Program-made: the position numbers and the translations under genes | Part shown: positions 24,101-41,204 of the stretch, piece after piece | Layout of the letters: each line of letters opens with the position of its first letter | Numbering within the stretch: the stretch's first letter is position 1 | The notes under the pieces: model-generated | Database searches by the model: none | Told to the model about the DNA's origin: nothing | Seen by the model: only the letters and a program-made list of their open reading frames with translations | Assembly: GCF_033153115.1 (NCBI RefSeq) | Contig: NW_026889803.1 | Location: 61,008,001-61,072,000 of the forward strand | Direction of reading: 5' to 3' | Source: Saccostrea echinata | Lineage: Eukaryota | DNA length: 64,000 nucleotides

Positions 24101-27100
24101 TTCTCTGACCCATCGAGTTCGAGATAACGAGGTTTGAGTGTATGTACATATCTGTAGGTAACATACCTGGAGGTTTGCTTCCAGAGTCTGGCCTGTTCTG
24201 CTCACTAGGTGGCGAGGGTTTCTTTGTAAAGTTTTGCTCTGGACTTTCGGGACTAAATCTCCCCCTCTCCTGGTCCTTGTTACCAGAGTTAGGCCTCACT
24301 GGAGAGGGAGTTCTTCTTGGGGGAGGAGGTCTGGGGGGCTGTTGTCTGTAAATCTGAGCCTGACGAGGGGCGGGTCTGGGGCGAGCTGGAGGGAAAGTCT
24401 CTTGAAGATTTATTGACTGATCAAAGTGTGGAGCAATCACTGCCTGGTTAAATTTTGGTGGAGGCTTTGGTTGCATTACTCTCTGCATTGGGAAGCCATC
24501 TTGATTTTCTTCTCTTGGTTTATTGAAAGGTGGTCCCTGAAAAATCATTTTAAAACTGAACTACATGCAGCACTCTAAACCCTAATTCAGACATTCTAAA
24601 CCCTTATTTATAGGATTTTTCCCATCTATCTGGTATTCAAGTGCGTAAAATTTATTTTGTTTTCAATAGCCTTTAAAAATTCTTTTTACCTTAAGCAAAT
24701 TGTAGAATTAAAATAAAAGTAGACATCTTTAATGGAAAACAATTGTTTAAATACTCTGACTTTTCAATGTATATGTACATGTAGTGTCTTTTATCAACAA
24801 CAGAAGAGTAACATCCCCTACTAGAAAGAGAAAATTGTAATGCATCAGTGCAGTATACCTGTGGCTGGGAGTAATGTTGTTTCGGTGGGCTGGGTTGGTG
24901 GGGATATCTGGGAGGTGGGCGGGGCTTTAATGATCCCTGACTATTAAAGCTCCTCTGACTAGCATGACCTCCAGTCTGACGTGAGGCCATTGACATGCTA
25001 TCATGGTCCTCATCCTCAATGTCTGACACATCCATCCCTCCTACACTCACTCCATCAACATCCTCCTCATCTGGAAATTCAACATATAACTACATCATAA
25101 CATCAGTCTTTATATAAAAAGAAAAATCTCCCTCACAGGACTGGATGTACAGCACGTCAAGATTTAAAGTGGATTACAGCACATCAAGATTTAAAGTGGA
25201 TTACAGCACGTCAAGATTTAAAGTGGATTACAGCAAGTCAAGATTTAAAGTGGATTTTATGAATGCCAAATAAATGCTGACCTTGTACTGCATCATCATC
25301 TGACATCATGGGGATGTCCTCCCGCTGGACATAATTGACAGAATGGCCGTCTCCATTCATCAAACCCCTTCTCTGGTGATTAAGCTGAACCTGTATTCAT
25401 TCTTATTCATAGTTATATAACAAAAAACTCATCATGTCTGTACGAATTCATAAAGAATAAAACAAATCATAACATACTGTGATTTTGATGGGTAGAACAT
25501 ATTGCTTAAAGTTTTCAATAAACGTAGGTATGCAGGATGAAAATAACAATGCATCTGCCATTTCTGATACAATGTAATGATGGAAGAAGATAAATAAATA
25601 TAGGTTCCATAACTCTCCAGCTTGCATTCCTTAATTTTTTTAATTGTCACAAGACAAGATGTAGCTAAGTGTCTTTTAACAATTTAAAAAAAAAGATCAA
25701 GAGATAGAAACAAATTGGTCACTAAAGAGCACATTTTATGAACCTTTATCTCCCTTTGCAAAACTGAATTTCTTCAAAAATTGTTCACATTATTACTTCA
25801 CACACCAATTAAATGCTGCACAGATCACAGCAATCAATCAAATGCTGCACAGTTCACAGCAATCAATCAAATGCTTCACAGATAACAATAATCAATCAAA
25901 TGCTGTACAGATCACAGCAATCAATCAAATGCTGCACAGATCACAGCAATCAATCAAATGTTGGCTAGGGTTTTAAAGAGAATCAAAAAAGGAATAACTG
26001 TAGTGATGAAACATACAGAAACAATGAGAGAAAAAAAAAGTTATCTAATCTAAATCTACTTTTCTTATGAGAGTAAAGTCCTATTAACCTCAATTCTCTC
26101 CTTTCGTCGGTTCTGGAACTCTCCCCCTGCACTTGTTGACTGACGGTTGTCCTCCACATAGTTAGAGGATTGTTTAGGTTCAGATAAGCCTAGACTTTGG
26201 GATCGTCTGAGGGGGGTTCTGGGGGTAGACATTGTCCTGGGTCTCTTGGGAGGATGAGGAGGGGTAATGGGGGTTCTATAATCAGTGCTCTGCCTGGAAT
26301 TCTGAAGAAAAACATGAAATGATCCATAACTACATGGTAATAGAAAGCAAGATTCTAAGTATCTTGCCAATACAGACAATCAGAAGTCTGAAAGGCTTTA
26401 ATGGCGTCGAACATGAAAGACAATTTTAAAAGTTCCTTTGAATTAAATATTAATTAAACATAGTAAACATAGTATCGCAATTATAGGTATGAGGCTCTAT
26501 TCCTTGGTCTGAACTAACCAGGGTCAGGATTAACCAGACTTCATTGAAAGTAAACAAACATGGGAGCCTTTTCATGTTGTTGAATAATTAATTCATCTCT
26601 TTTCAATTTTGAAGCACTAGGAAGAATTTATTTTGTTACTATTCTTTTTAATAATGTCTAAGCGGTTTTAATATTTTTAGCTTACACAACATTTTCAGTG
26701 ATTTCAACTTAGCTAAGGGTTACGATCGGGTGTGGTATATGGTATAATACCAAACCCAGTAATGGAGCTCTAATCTTTAAGGTTTACAATAAAAATTTTG
26801 AAGGCTAAAGATTGAACTTTAAAAGTAAATGTTCCTAACCGTCTTGCTTGCCCATTTAAATAGTTTTGAGATTTTTTTTTTTTTAACTCTTTGTTGTTCA
26901 TTTTCTTTTTACTTAGTTTTCCTGCCAAAAACCAATGATTCATGTAATTCAACTCATCGCTTTTTCGAAATTAATCTGCAGCAACTATCAGTATGGTCTC
27001 CACTTTATCTTTTGTTAGAATAAACACAGTATCTGTAATTTGTATCAGAATTAATTGTAGACATACTTGATGTAATTTTACTTTCAAGTTATTCAGAAGA

Positions 27101-28273
27101 GATTGATATGTTCTATTTTCTTTTGCGGATGAATTGACTGACACTTATGGTTGTGTAAAACCAGTTATGATCCGTAGTATGGCTTTCGACCTTCGGTCTA
27201 CGCCATAAAAATGACTTAACTTTACTGACCATCATATATTCATAGTCCAGATCTCCATTTCCCAATCCATTAAAGCTGGTCATAGAAAGCCCCATACGGT
27301 TAGGAATAGGTGTACTGGGGTTACTCTGTAAACGTTGACGCTGGTGTGACATGATGATCAGCTGACAATAATGGAGCTGCTTGTTCCTGGCATAATCCCA
27401 AGCAGTGGCATTAAACTTGTCCAGCAAGTTCAAATCGGCTGTATAAAAATGGTCAAGTTTATAAATATCATATTCAATAATTCTTTGTGTTTGAATGTTA
27501 TATTCTCTGTATTTTTTTCTTCACCATTTTTTTCTGGTATGTTTATGTCATGTTATCACTTCTTGAAATAAATTCACATCTTCAAGAATTTCTCTAAATC
27601 TTGTTCTTTAATCATACTTTCCAGTAAAAAAATACATTAGTTATGCTTTAACATGTTTTTATGGATGTAGTGAAAAATTTTAATTTGATGTGTCAAAATT
27701 CACAATGTACCTCCATAGTCTAACAAGTGGTTGATGACATCACCATGCCCATTTATAGAAGCCAAATGTAATGCTGACCGATCATTGTTGTCACGGTCCA
27801 CTACTCTTTGTCGACCAGCTATCTCTAAAATTATCTTACAGGCCAGTAAGGAACCTAAATTAATGTAGAAATAGTGTTCACACCACGAAACAATGAAAAA
27901 CAAAAACATTACCATAAAAATTAATTCATTTAGCAATGAGATTATATTCATTGCAATAAATACTAGGTATATATATGTAAATCAAACTTAGTAACTGCTC
28001 TTCATACATTTAAAAAAAAATTATAAGATTACATTTTACAGAATAATTGTTGATTCGCAGAAATAACCTGAAGTAGAGTGTGATAAAATTACCTGTCTCT
28101 GCAGCCAATAACAGAACTGTTTTACCATTTTCATCTTTTATTTTTGCTGTTTCTGAGGTCAGTAGAGTCTTAAATCAAAATAAGCTCAGCAATAAATAAC
28201 AAAATAAAGCTAATTGTAAAGCTGAAAAATTCATTTGAAATACAAGTATGTGTTGTTCAACCATCACTTCATC

Positions 28274-28313
<40 letters not shown>

Positions 28314-30874
28314 TATTTAAGAAAACATTCTCAGATTGCATAAAATCATGCATTCTGCTTTATTACTAGACCCAAGGAAAGGTTTTATTTTAATTAAAAG
28401 ACACACAAATGAACATTTAATAAGTTAAGTGTTTTTTTTTCACCTGTAAGCACTCCAGTGGTTCTGTTCTTCTGACAGACCAATGCATCCATGTCCTCCC
28501 ATTCAGATCTCTCTCGATACCATCAGCCTCATCCACCGTGAAGTTTGGGGAGCTACTCAACAGTTCAAAATGTTTGATGTGATCTAGCCGACATGCCCAC
28601 ATACAAGGTGTAATGCCATCTTTGTCACGGATGTTAACATCGGCATTGTGCTGAATTAAGTACTGTTATAAAAGAGAAAATTTGTGCTTATCTTGTACTC
28701 AGTACCTTATTGACAAATAATGAAAGCAGTTAGACAATGCTGATATTACTGACAATGGATCAATTACCTCCTAATTAAAGCAATTACTATCTCACACTTA
28801 ATTCTATTTTCTATCAGTCATGATAAGTGATAATTAGCCTTCTGATATATCTACAGATGTGAGTATGTTAGTGTGTAGGTTATACCTGTATTTTACAATG
28901 TTTTAGTATATTGTTGGTATCCCTGCCCATCTTCACAATTCTCCATAAATTTTAATAATTGTTTTAACCATTCTTTTTTTGTATGTTTTGCCATTTACTA
29001 TAAGTGTTCACAACATTTTTGCCCCAGGAGTCCCTAGAAAAGGTGTGATTTAAACCTTGAAATTGAATCATTATAACTGTGACTCCGGAAAGGAGTTTTT
29101 GGTTGGAGAATGACAAAATATCTTCCTGGATAATGAAAATGAGCTGAAGTTACCTTTCAAAACATTTATAAATCTATGAACATCTTGTTCGCCTTAGCTA
29201 CCACATACCTTTAAACACTCTGTGGATTTCGTTGTCACTGCCCAGTGTATGGGTGCTCTCCCATGACTATCTTGTATTGTAAAATCTCCACCATACTGTA
29301 GCAACAAACTGAGAGCCACATGGTTAGCATCATGGCAGGCCTGGTGAAGTGCAGTGGATCCATCTGAAAAAAAGTCCTACCTTGATCATTTCTAAATAAT
29401 TTATATCTAATTGTCTGTAAAACCTCCCAACAAATTGGGTAATACTAGAGATATTAAGTATAAATAAAGATGTTATTTCATTGTGCATAAATTGGTTCCT
29501 TTCAATAAAATATCTTAGGTAATTTTTGGTCAGAGTAGATCTTTATCACTTAGTAAATTTTTAAGTAATTGATCTATAAAATATTATGAATGACTATGGT
29601 GTTTTAACCAATAAAAGTAATAAATAAAGCTTTCATTTGGTTCACTTCCATACTTTTTTGGCAAAGAGCCAATAAGATACTATTTGTACATTCATAAGGG
29701 CAATATCCTGCAAATGACCAATCAAGCATGTTCTTCGTAGATAATGATTATCTAAAAACTTCAATTATTATTATCAATCATTCTGATTCAGTATATATAT
29801 ATATATATATATATACCATGGCCTGTGATGTTAACATCTGCCTGATTTTCCAAGAGATAGTTAAGCATTTCATTTTGATGAAAATGTACAGCATAAGACA
29901 AAGCTGTTCTTCCTATTCCATCTTGTTCATCAATGCAATGAGGATCTGAGAAAATGTAAATTTTAAACTTAAAACAAAAGAACACATATAATTATACTTA
30001 TCAACTTACTTATTATTACCTTTCAAAGCATTAAATTTATCATTAAACATATTTACACAAAGATAATTTGTCTTTCATTGAATTCTAATTGGACAGTATA
30101 CTCTGTTTAAAACATGAAAAAAGTATGTTTAATACAAGTTATTTTTTTTTATACCACAGCAATGTCAATAGATAATTAATATACCTCCTTGAACAAGCTC
30201 CATTAGCAAGTCCGAGTCTTTCTGTTTCACTGCTTGCATTATTGGAGGCAATGTAGTTATATTCATGCTTTCATCTGTCATTATTCCCTGTAAGTTTTTC
30301 AGGTTGTCTAAGTTCACCCATTTCCACTGAAATTTGTCAGGGGCATCAACAAAAGGAGTCATTGGACTAAAGCCCCTAGCTGAGAGCGATAATGTTTTTT
30401 CTGCATTCTTTTCATGAGACCTGGTCTGCAGCATTCGATAGTACTTCTGCATATGTAGAAGGGCCAAATTCAAGGTGTCCCTTAGCTCAGATCCTTCTGC
30501 GTCTTCATTGAGTTTCAACAGAAACTCATTAATGAATGCAGCGGCTTTTTGGAAATCTTAAAATAAATACATCATTTGTTGAGGACAACAATGCTTATTC
30601 CCACTGTCGCATTAAAATGGAATGTTCTTAAACATTTTATTTGATACAATTTCAATGCAATGTACACCAACCTCTAAAATGAAGCGTTTAAATAATTATA
30701 AAAATAGCATCAATAATGAATTTTACATTTCTCATAATAGTGTTTTTATCAGTGCAATGTATTAAATTATGTTCAATTTTTTCTGAAATTTTATATCGTT
30801 AACTATTTACATTTGTTTACAAGATTGGACGTGAGTTGCGATCCTGAGTGCTTACCTTTCCGTTTGATACCCAT
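19907..30874 (-). CDS. Ankyrin-repeat protein (inversin/ANKRD55-like architecture) with long Pro/Ser-rich tail, 15 exons, ~989 aa
   Basis: GT-AG exons with consistent phases: 30874-30856, 30556-30185, 29945-29817, 29363-29209, 28662-28444, 28168-28093, 27854-27711, 27438-27230, 26301-26089, 25390-25282, 25070-24859, 24536-24167, 23676-23361, 22472-22187, 20047-19907. Ankyrin motifs GRTALSYAV, GSTALHQAC, GRAPIHWAV, GITPCMWAC, GRTWMHWSV, GKTVLLLAA, DRSALHLAS. First and last exons are least certain. Confidence 0.82.
21123..21622. mobile_element. Tc1/mariner (pogo-like) MITE
   Basis: TA-CAGTAAAGCTGGTTTA ... TATAACCGAGTTTTACTG inverted ends; internal GATATA(A/G)CGAA repeats. Confidence 0.7.
23966..24140. 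mobile_element. Short Tc1/mariner-type MITE
   Basis: ~24-bp imperfect TIRs CAGTTAAATTTCGGTATCTTGAAC / GTTCGAGATAACGAGGTTTGAGTG, TA on both flanks. Confidence 0.75.
25147..25256. repeat. Intronic 27-bp tandem repeat x4
   Basis: TACAGCACGTCAAGATTTAAAGTGGAT units. Confidence 0.9.
25811..25961. repeat. Intronic 29-bp tandem repeat x5
   Basis: AAATGCTGCACAGATCACAGCAATCAATC units. Confidence 0.9.
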
Positions 30875-32109
30875 GCTGTTAAGGCTATGAAAAGTCACCG
30901 AAACCCTAGATATTGATATAAAATATAAACCTAGGAGGACTGCGATACATCGCATGAACCCATGAAGGGTTTATTGACCTCCATCACATTTATGATCCCA
31001 TGCTAGGTGCCCTCGGCAGCCATTTGTTATTTTCCCATGATGCATTGGTTGCGGAAGACCGTTCACTCTGTTATAAAATGTAGAAATTGTGCGTTGTTAC
31101 TTGAATTAAATGTAAGCATACGTCTATTGATATAATAAACATACAATATAACATTTATAAGTTTTATCATAGCTTGTTCAAACACTTTAAAGTAGAAGTA
31201 AACATAAATGCACTATATTCTTTTATGTCCCTATGTTGCTATGTAATCTTCCGCCTTCGAAACGGCGGGAGACATGTAAGACGTGCAAGAAGTATTCGGA
31301 CACTTTCGCCATTCTTGATCACATCAATTAATATAGATCTTCACATTCTCTTACCTGCTTTTACCAGTAAATACACAGCTTTACACAGCTTCATTGGATG
31401 CTTGGTACCTTGTAAAAAATATTTATATCGATGTTTAAAAAAAAGAAGGAAAAAAAAGAAAAAGAAATATAACCTTAATTTACAATATTTAGTCTGAGAA
31501 GACTTAATCTATTCCTATGTGCATTTTCGGTGCATAAAACCCGCCNNNNNNNNNNNNNNNNNNNNNNNNNNNNNNNNNNNNNNNNNNNNNNNNNNNNNNN
31601 NNNNNNNNNNNNNNNNNNNNNNNNNNNNNNNNNNNNNNNNNNNNNNNNNNNNNNNNNNNNNNNNNNNNNNNNNNNNNNNNNNNNNNNNNNNNNNNNNNNN
31701 NNNNNNNNNNNNNNNNNNNNNNNNNNNNNGAAATATTTTGAACGTTTTACCAAGATATAACCAACCTGTCTCTGGTTGAACAATTTAAAAGCAGCTTAAA
31801 AAGTAAAGAGTGAGTTTTTTCACATTGAGACAACATGTACATACTTTATTTCTTTTAAAATACTTCAAGAACTGATACACACCTATGTACATTTTCTTTA
31901 TCATATCGACGACCCCCCTCTCTCGATTAGTATATCTTGCACGAATAGAACATGATCGACTTATCTAACAAACATCCTTCGTTACGTCCGCCATTTTCTT
32001 TCTTGTTTTGATTAGTGGGGGGAACCTGAATAAATCCGCCATCATCTGGTTTATTTGAGCTCAAAGTAGACGATTCGGATATTGAGATTGCAGTTCAGGC
32101 ATTCTTGTT
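30875..32109. promoter_or_regulatory. Divergent (bidirectional) promoter region between ankyrin gene and PP1
   Basis: Start codons 1.2 kb apart on opposite strands; local CpG enrichment; YY1-like GCCATTT/CGCCAT at ~31019, ~31990, ~32037; ZNF143/Staf-like TTTCCCATGATGCATTG at 31031; contains a gap. Confidence 0.55.
31546..31729. other. Assembly gap
   Basis: Run of N. Confidence 1.
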
Positions 32110-36458
<4,349 letters not shown>

Positions 36459-38732
36459 GGGATTGAGACCTCCAGCATCAAGTTTTTAGTGTAGCTCTGA
36501 CATCACACAGAAATGTATACACCATATCACAGATTCATATGATTTCACCTTACTCATCTGACAGCAACATAACTTGGCTTATTTACATGGAACGGTTCAG
36601 TGAAACCGACACTGTGTTGTCATTATTGGTGAATACATTGTGATTTAAGCTCTGTCTTGGCAATCCAGACATAGGGGATTATTCATCTGTTTATACATTA
36701 TACATGTGTTGTACAATTGAGGGTTAAAATTTCGCATAACTGTAGCTTTGTGTAGTGTAAAGTTTTGTAATATGTAGAGCTAGGAGCAAACCCTCAATAG
36801 AACATGATATAAGTTAATAATAGTCTGCCAGAAATGTTGACCTGGAAAGAGAGAACAGATGGTTGAATTTCAGTATATTTTATAGTGAGGGCTTGGGCTC
36901 TTCTGCTTTCTCACAGGTCCACATCTCTGCTGTGTCTTTTTGAACTGAGATCTTTGTGAAGTTGATGTTGTACTCAGTACATGTAGATAAAACTGTACAC
37001 ATTTGTAACTTTTATCCCGAATATAAATCATTATTTTATTCTATGTGTAAATAATTTTCTTCTCAATATTTATTGTATTAACTGCATGGTAATTTTACTG
37101 CATTCCTGGAATAACCTGTCTATATTATAAGCAAGTCCACAATGAAATCAAAGGTTAGCCAAATTACATGAAATGTAAGATTCACCCTGTATTAATTATG
37201 ATGTCCTACAGTATAAGCAACATGTATGGATGTACTTTGCTGTTGAAAGAAAAATTTTTATTAGAATGATGGAAGAACAAATAAACGATGTTTTCTACTT
37301 TGGTTCTTTTACTTTTTACTTAGTTCGTAAAAAATGAAATTACAGTTGGCTTATGCAACCAGAGTGGTGCATGTATATTCTGTGATGGATGTTGAATGCA
37401 TATATACCAAACTGAATGAATGTACCTTGGACTTAATTGTGAGAGTCATGTATGTCCTGGTGGTTTGTAAAGTATGAGACAGGCTCTCAACTGTCTATAA
37501 TTGGGGCTGTTTCAAGGGCCCCATTCCCAATTCAAAGAGGTACCTTTTTTTCCTGGTGGAATGTGTTAATTTTCCGAATAGTCATTTCTCCAAAAAATAA
37601 ACGAATATGAGGGTTGTTAGAAAAGTTCACAGACACATTGATCTATGGAAAATTTATTGTGTACTTTGAAAAATGATATATGTTTTCTAAAACATCTTGT
37701 GGTGTGTTGGATATTTGTAAGATCTTAAAATTAATGTCTATGCAGTTAAGCAATCATGTAGGGAAACAATGCAAAATCCATAAGAGCAAGGCAAAATCCA
37801 TAAGTGCAACGTCTGTGCGATATGCGGTGTTTTGGGGAATCGCAGTTGATCATCAAAAATGTCAATCCTTCCATTCTTACATAGTCACTACCTTTTGAAC
37901 ACTTTGGTCCTAGGTACGTGTAGGCAATCCCCAGCATCATTTTAAAACATTTTAGTCTCTTTTTGGCATTTCCCTGTCTGCACACATAATAATCCCTGCA
38001 ATTTAATTCAAATTTTTGCTAAATAATGTTCATGGATATTGTAGTGACAGGTGAATATTAATTTTAATGCACTACAACAGTGCAATTTTTAATTTCCAAA
38101 ATTGTCTATGTAAAAGTGCGAAAAAGTGACATGCTCCGTAATTCAAATAATATAGCTGGACATTTTTTAGGGATCATTGGAAAACACCAAATCTTTGCAT
38201 ATTTATTGGAAAATACGTATAGTTTTTATCTGCAGTTTTTCTGGTTTCATACAAATAGCACGCTCACAATAGAACTTGTCCAGGAACTTTTCTAACAACC
38301 CTCATACACAGAGAAACTTGAGCTTAAGTGATGATGCAGTCAGGCCATAGAGACATTAACGATATAGGGCAGTGAGAGATTCAAGCACCGAGTGTATTTT
38401 TGCTGCTTTTAAACACGTAAAATATATGTAATGTTTTTTTAGTTTTTAAGTGAATTATTGGTGTGTAAATCACACAGACTTGCAAATAGGCATATTTTTC
38501 ATGAAACACTAGCTTGACATGTCTATGTGATTTACACACCAATAACAAAAAACTTAACAACATTCCTCAATTGAATACTGTATACAGGGTTATTTTCGCC
38601 CTTTCACACTAGCAAACAATTTTGCCCCGTTTTAAATTTTCCCAGTTACAATTCTGTTTAAGAAATTATACTCTGTTTTTTGAATTTGCCCTGTTTTAAA
38701 TTTGCTCTTAAAAGGAACTTTAATCGCAGCCT

Positions 38733-38791
<59 letters not shown>

Positions 38792-39116
38792 CTTCTAAAC
38801 CCCTGTTTTTCTCAATGATTCAGAGCTTCCTTTCACAAAACACAAACTAGGTCAGAAAATTACATTTTTTAATGATTTAAGACAAGTAAAAAACAAAACA
38901 TACATATAAGAAGCATTTTGTTGGACCTATACAAATTAAATTGATAATTTCATATGGGACGACACTTTAAGTTAAAATTAATAAAACATTGTAAAACACT
39001 CAAGATACATGTATTTACATGTACAATACCTTCTTAAGTACACATTATATCCAAATCAGATATTAAGATGTTGACCATCATGAAATGCTCAGTTTTTAGT
39101 CAATGTAAAGGTCATT

Positions 39117-39276
39117 TAAGGACTGTGTAGTTTGTTGGGTATGCCAGGGCATAAACGACAGTTGGAAACTTGGGATAAACTGCATTACGGGCTTCACCCG
39201 TTATGCAAATTATCCCACATTTCCAACTGTTGTTGATGTCCCTGGCATACCCAACAAACTACACAGTGATTCCTTA
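39117..39276. repeat. ~150-bp near-perfect foldback (hairpin MITE)
   Basis: ACTGTGTAGTTTGTTGGGTATGCCAGGG...CGGG-CTT-CACCCG...CCCTGGCATACCCAACAAACTACACAGT, outer TAAGGA/TCCTTA. Confidence 0.85.
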
Positions 39277-39316
39277 TATTTACATTTCTTTGCAAAACAG
39301 AATTGTTAAAATAAAT

Positions 39317-40005
39317 AAACAAGATGTGTTTGTGAAACACTGATGCCCCCATATGGCAACTTATAGGAAGGTTAAACTTTCTCAAATGCAAATCAAATAT
39401 GCCAGTACCCAAAGTAAGGTCGTGTCCCAAGGAATATACCTGTGGAATATGAAAGCCCTAGCAGCAACCATTGAAAAGATATGGAAAAGGTTAAAGTTTT
39501 TCAAAAGTAAGTCAAACATCAAAGTCAAGGTCAAATGGTCAAAATTAATGGTGCCCAAGGAAAGGCCTTCTCACAAGAAATACACATGTGAAATATGAAA
39601 GCCCTAGCACCAACCATTCAAAAGATATGGCCAAGGTTAAAGTTTTTCAAAAGTAGGTCAAACTCGTAGGTCAAGGTCAAAGGGTCAAAGTTGTTGGTAT
39701 CAAAAGGATGGTCTTGTCACAAGAATTACACATATGAAGTATGAAAGCCCTAGCACCAACTGTTCAAAAGTTAAGGTCAAGGTTAAAGTTTGGTAAAATT
39801 TTGTAAAACTGGGTCAAACTCCAAGGTCAAATATGATGGTACCCAAAGAAAGGTCTAATCACATGGAATACACATGTGAAATATTATAGCCATAGCTGCA
39901 ACCAATCAAAAGTTATGGGCAATGTTACATTTTTGCGGACAAACAGACGGACTGACAGGGCAAAAACTATATACCCCTGAATCTTCGACATGGGGGCATA
40001 AAAAA
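39317..40005 (-). mobile_element. Non-autonomous Helentron (HINE), same family as 14966-15921
   Basis: Reverse-complement termini (AACAAGATGTGTTTGTGAAACAC...GGGGCATAAAAA) and ~4 satellite units. Confidence 0.85.
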
Positions 40006-40048
40006 TGCTGTCTAATAGATTTAAAATACATGAGGCCTTCCATGTTAA

Positions 40049-40523
40049 TTAGTCCCCTATCGGTGAGTCCGGAGGGGAATATAGGTTTCCTCTGAGTCTG
40101 TCCGTCCGTCTGTCTGTCCGTCTGTCTGTCTGTCCCTCTGTCTGTCTGTCAGTCTGTCCCACTTGGTTTTCCGCACTTTTTTCCTAAACGCTTGCAGATA
40201 TTGAGCTGATTTTTGGTATGTGAGTGTATCTTGATGAGTTACAGATCAAGTTTGCATTTCGTTCCGCTTCATTGATTTTTGACGGAATTACGGCCTTTTC
40301 AATTTTTATGGGTTTTCCGCAATTTTCTTCTAAACGCTTGTAGATATTGAGCTGATTTTTGGTATGTGGCTTTACCTTGATTAGTTATAGATCAAGTTTG
40401 CATTTCGTCCCGTTTCATTAATTTTTGACGGAATTATGGCATTTTCAATTCTTACCGGAACCAGATTACACTTGCCGGTAGGGGACTAGTATTGCTAATG
40501 CAATACTCTCAGAATGCTTGTTT
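40049..40523 (+). mobile_element. Non-autonomous Helentron (pearl/DINE-1-like architecture)
   Basis: Subterminal IR TAGTCCCCTATCGG / CCGGTAGGGGACTA, (GTCT/GTCC)n, two 146-bp core units (40165, 40311), 3' palindrome AGTATTGC-TAAT-GCAATACT. Confidence 0.85.
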
Positions 40524-41204
40524 CAATAGTCTCTGCCCACTGACGTCAGACGCAAAGACAGCCGCACGAGATTGACATACATATCAAGGAATCAACTCAG
40601 CTAACTATTAAAGAGTTATCACAGAGAAAACAATTAGAAATGTAAATATTGTTTGGTAAATGCAGCCATCAGAGGGATCAATATCTGTACCACTGTGTTC
40701 TGATTTCAATTACAAAAAATTCATTATGTAGGACTAGTAATCTCTGTTTTGGCCATAACTTGAGAATCTTTCAATCACAAAATATTTAATAACATAACAA
40801 TCTGCATTATGTACAACTCTGTCTGTACTTTAAAACAAATGAAAAATGTCCACAAAATCAAACAAAATACATTGATCAATATAATAACAAAAATACTTTT
40901 TACATGTATTACAACTTAAAAATTTGAATATACTTTATATGTTAGGAATCAACGTACAATCAAATTGTACCAATCACTTCAAAACAAATATAAAATACAT
41001 GTAGCAGTTTATTGAGAAATAACAGGAATGTGAAGCCCACTTATCACAAGGGAAAATATACACTGCCATGTGGAATTGGCCAAGTTCCCACCTCTCTGCG
41101 CCTCCCTTCAAGATGTTTCTACAGCTGCCTGCTAACTGAGATCGGGGACTTGATGCACAATGAATGCTGGGATTGTAAATCACACAAGGAATTATGGGAA
41201 ACTG

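Noticed and set aside
4332-31783. ORFs spanning N runs (4332-4700, 4475-4696, 31475-31783, 31519-31779, 31530-31760)
   Set aside because: Open only because of gap characters.
39353-39598. ORF 39353-39598 (and 14918-15169)
   Set aside because: Chance frames in Helentron satellite units.
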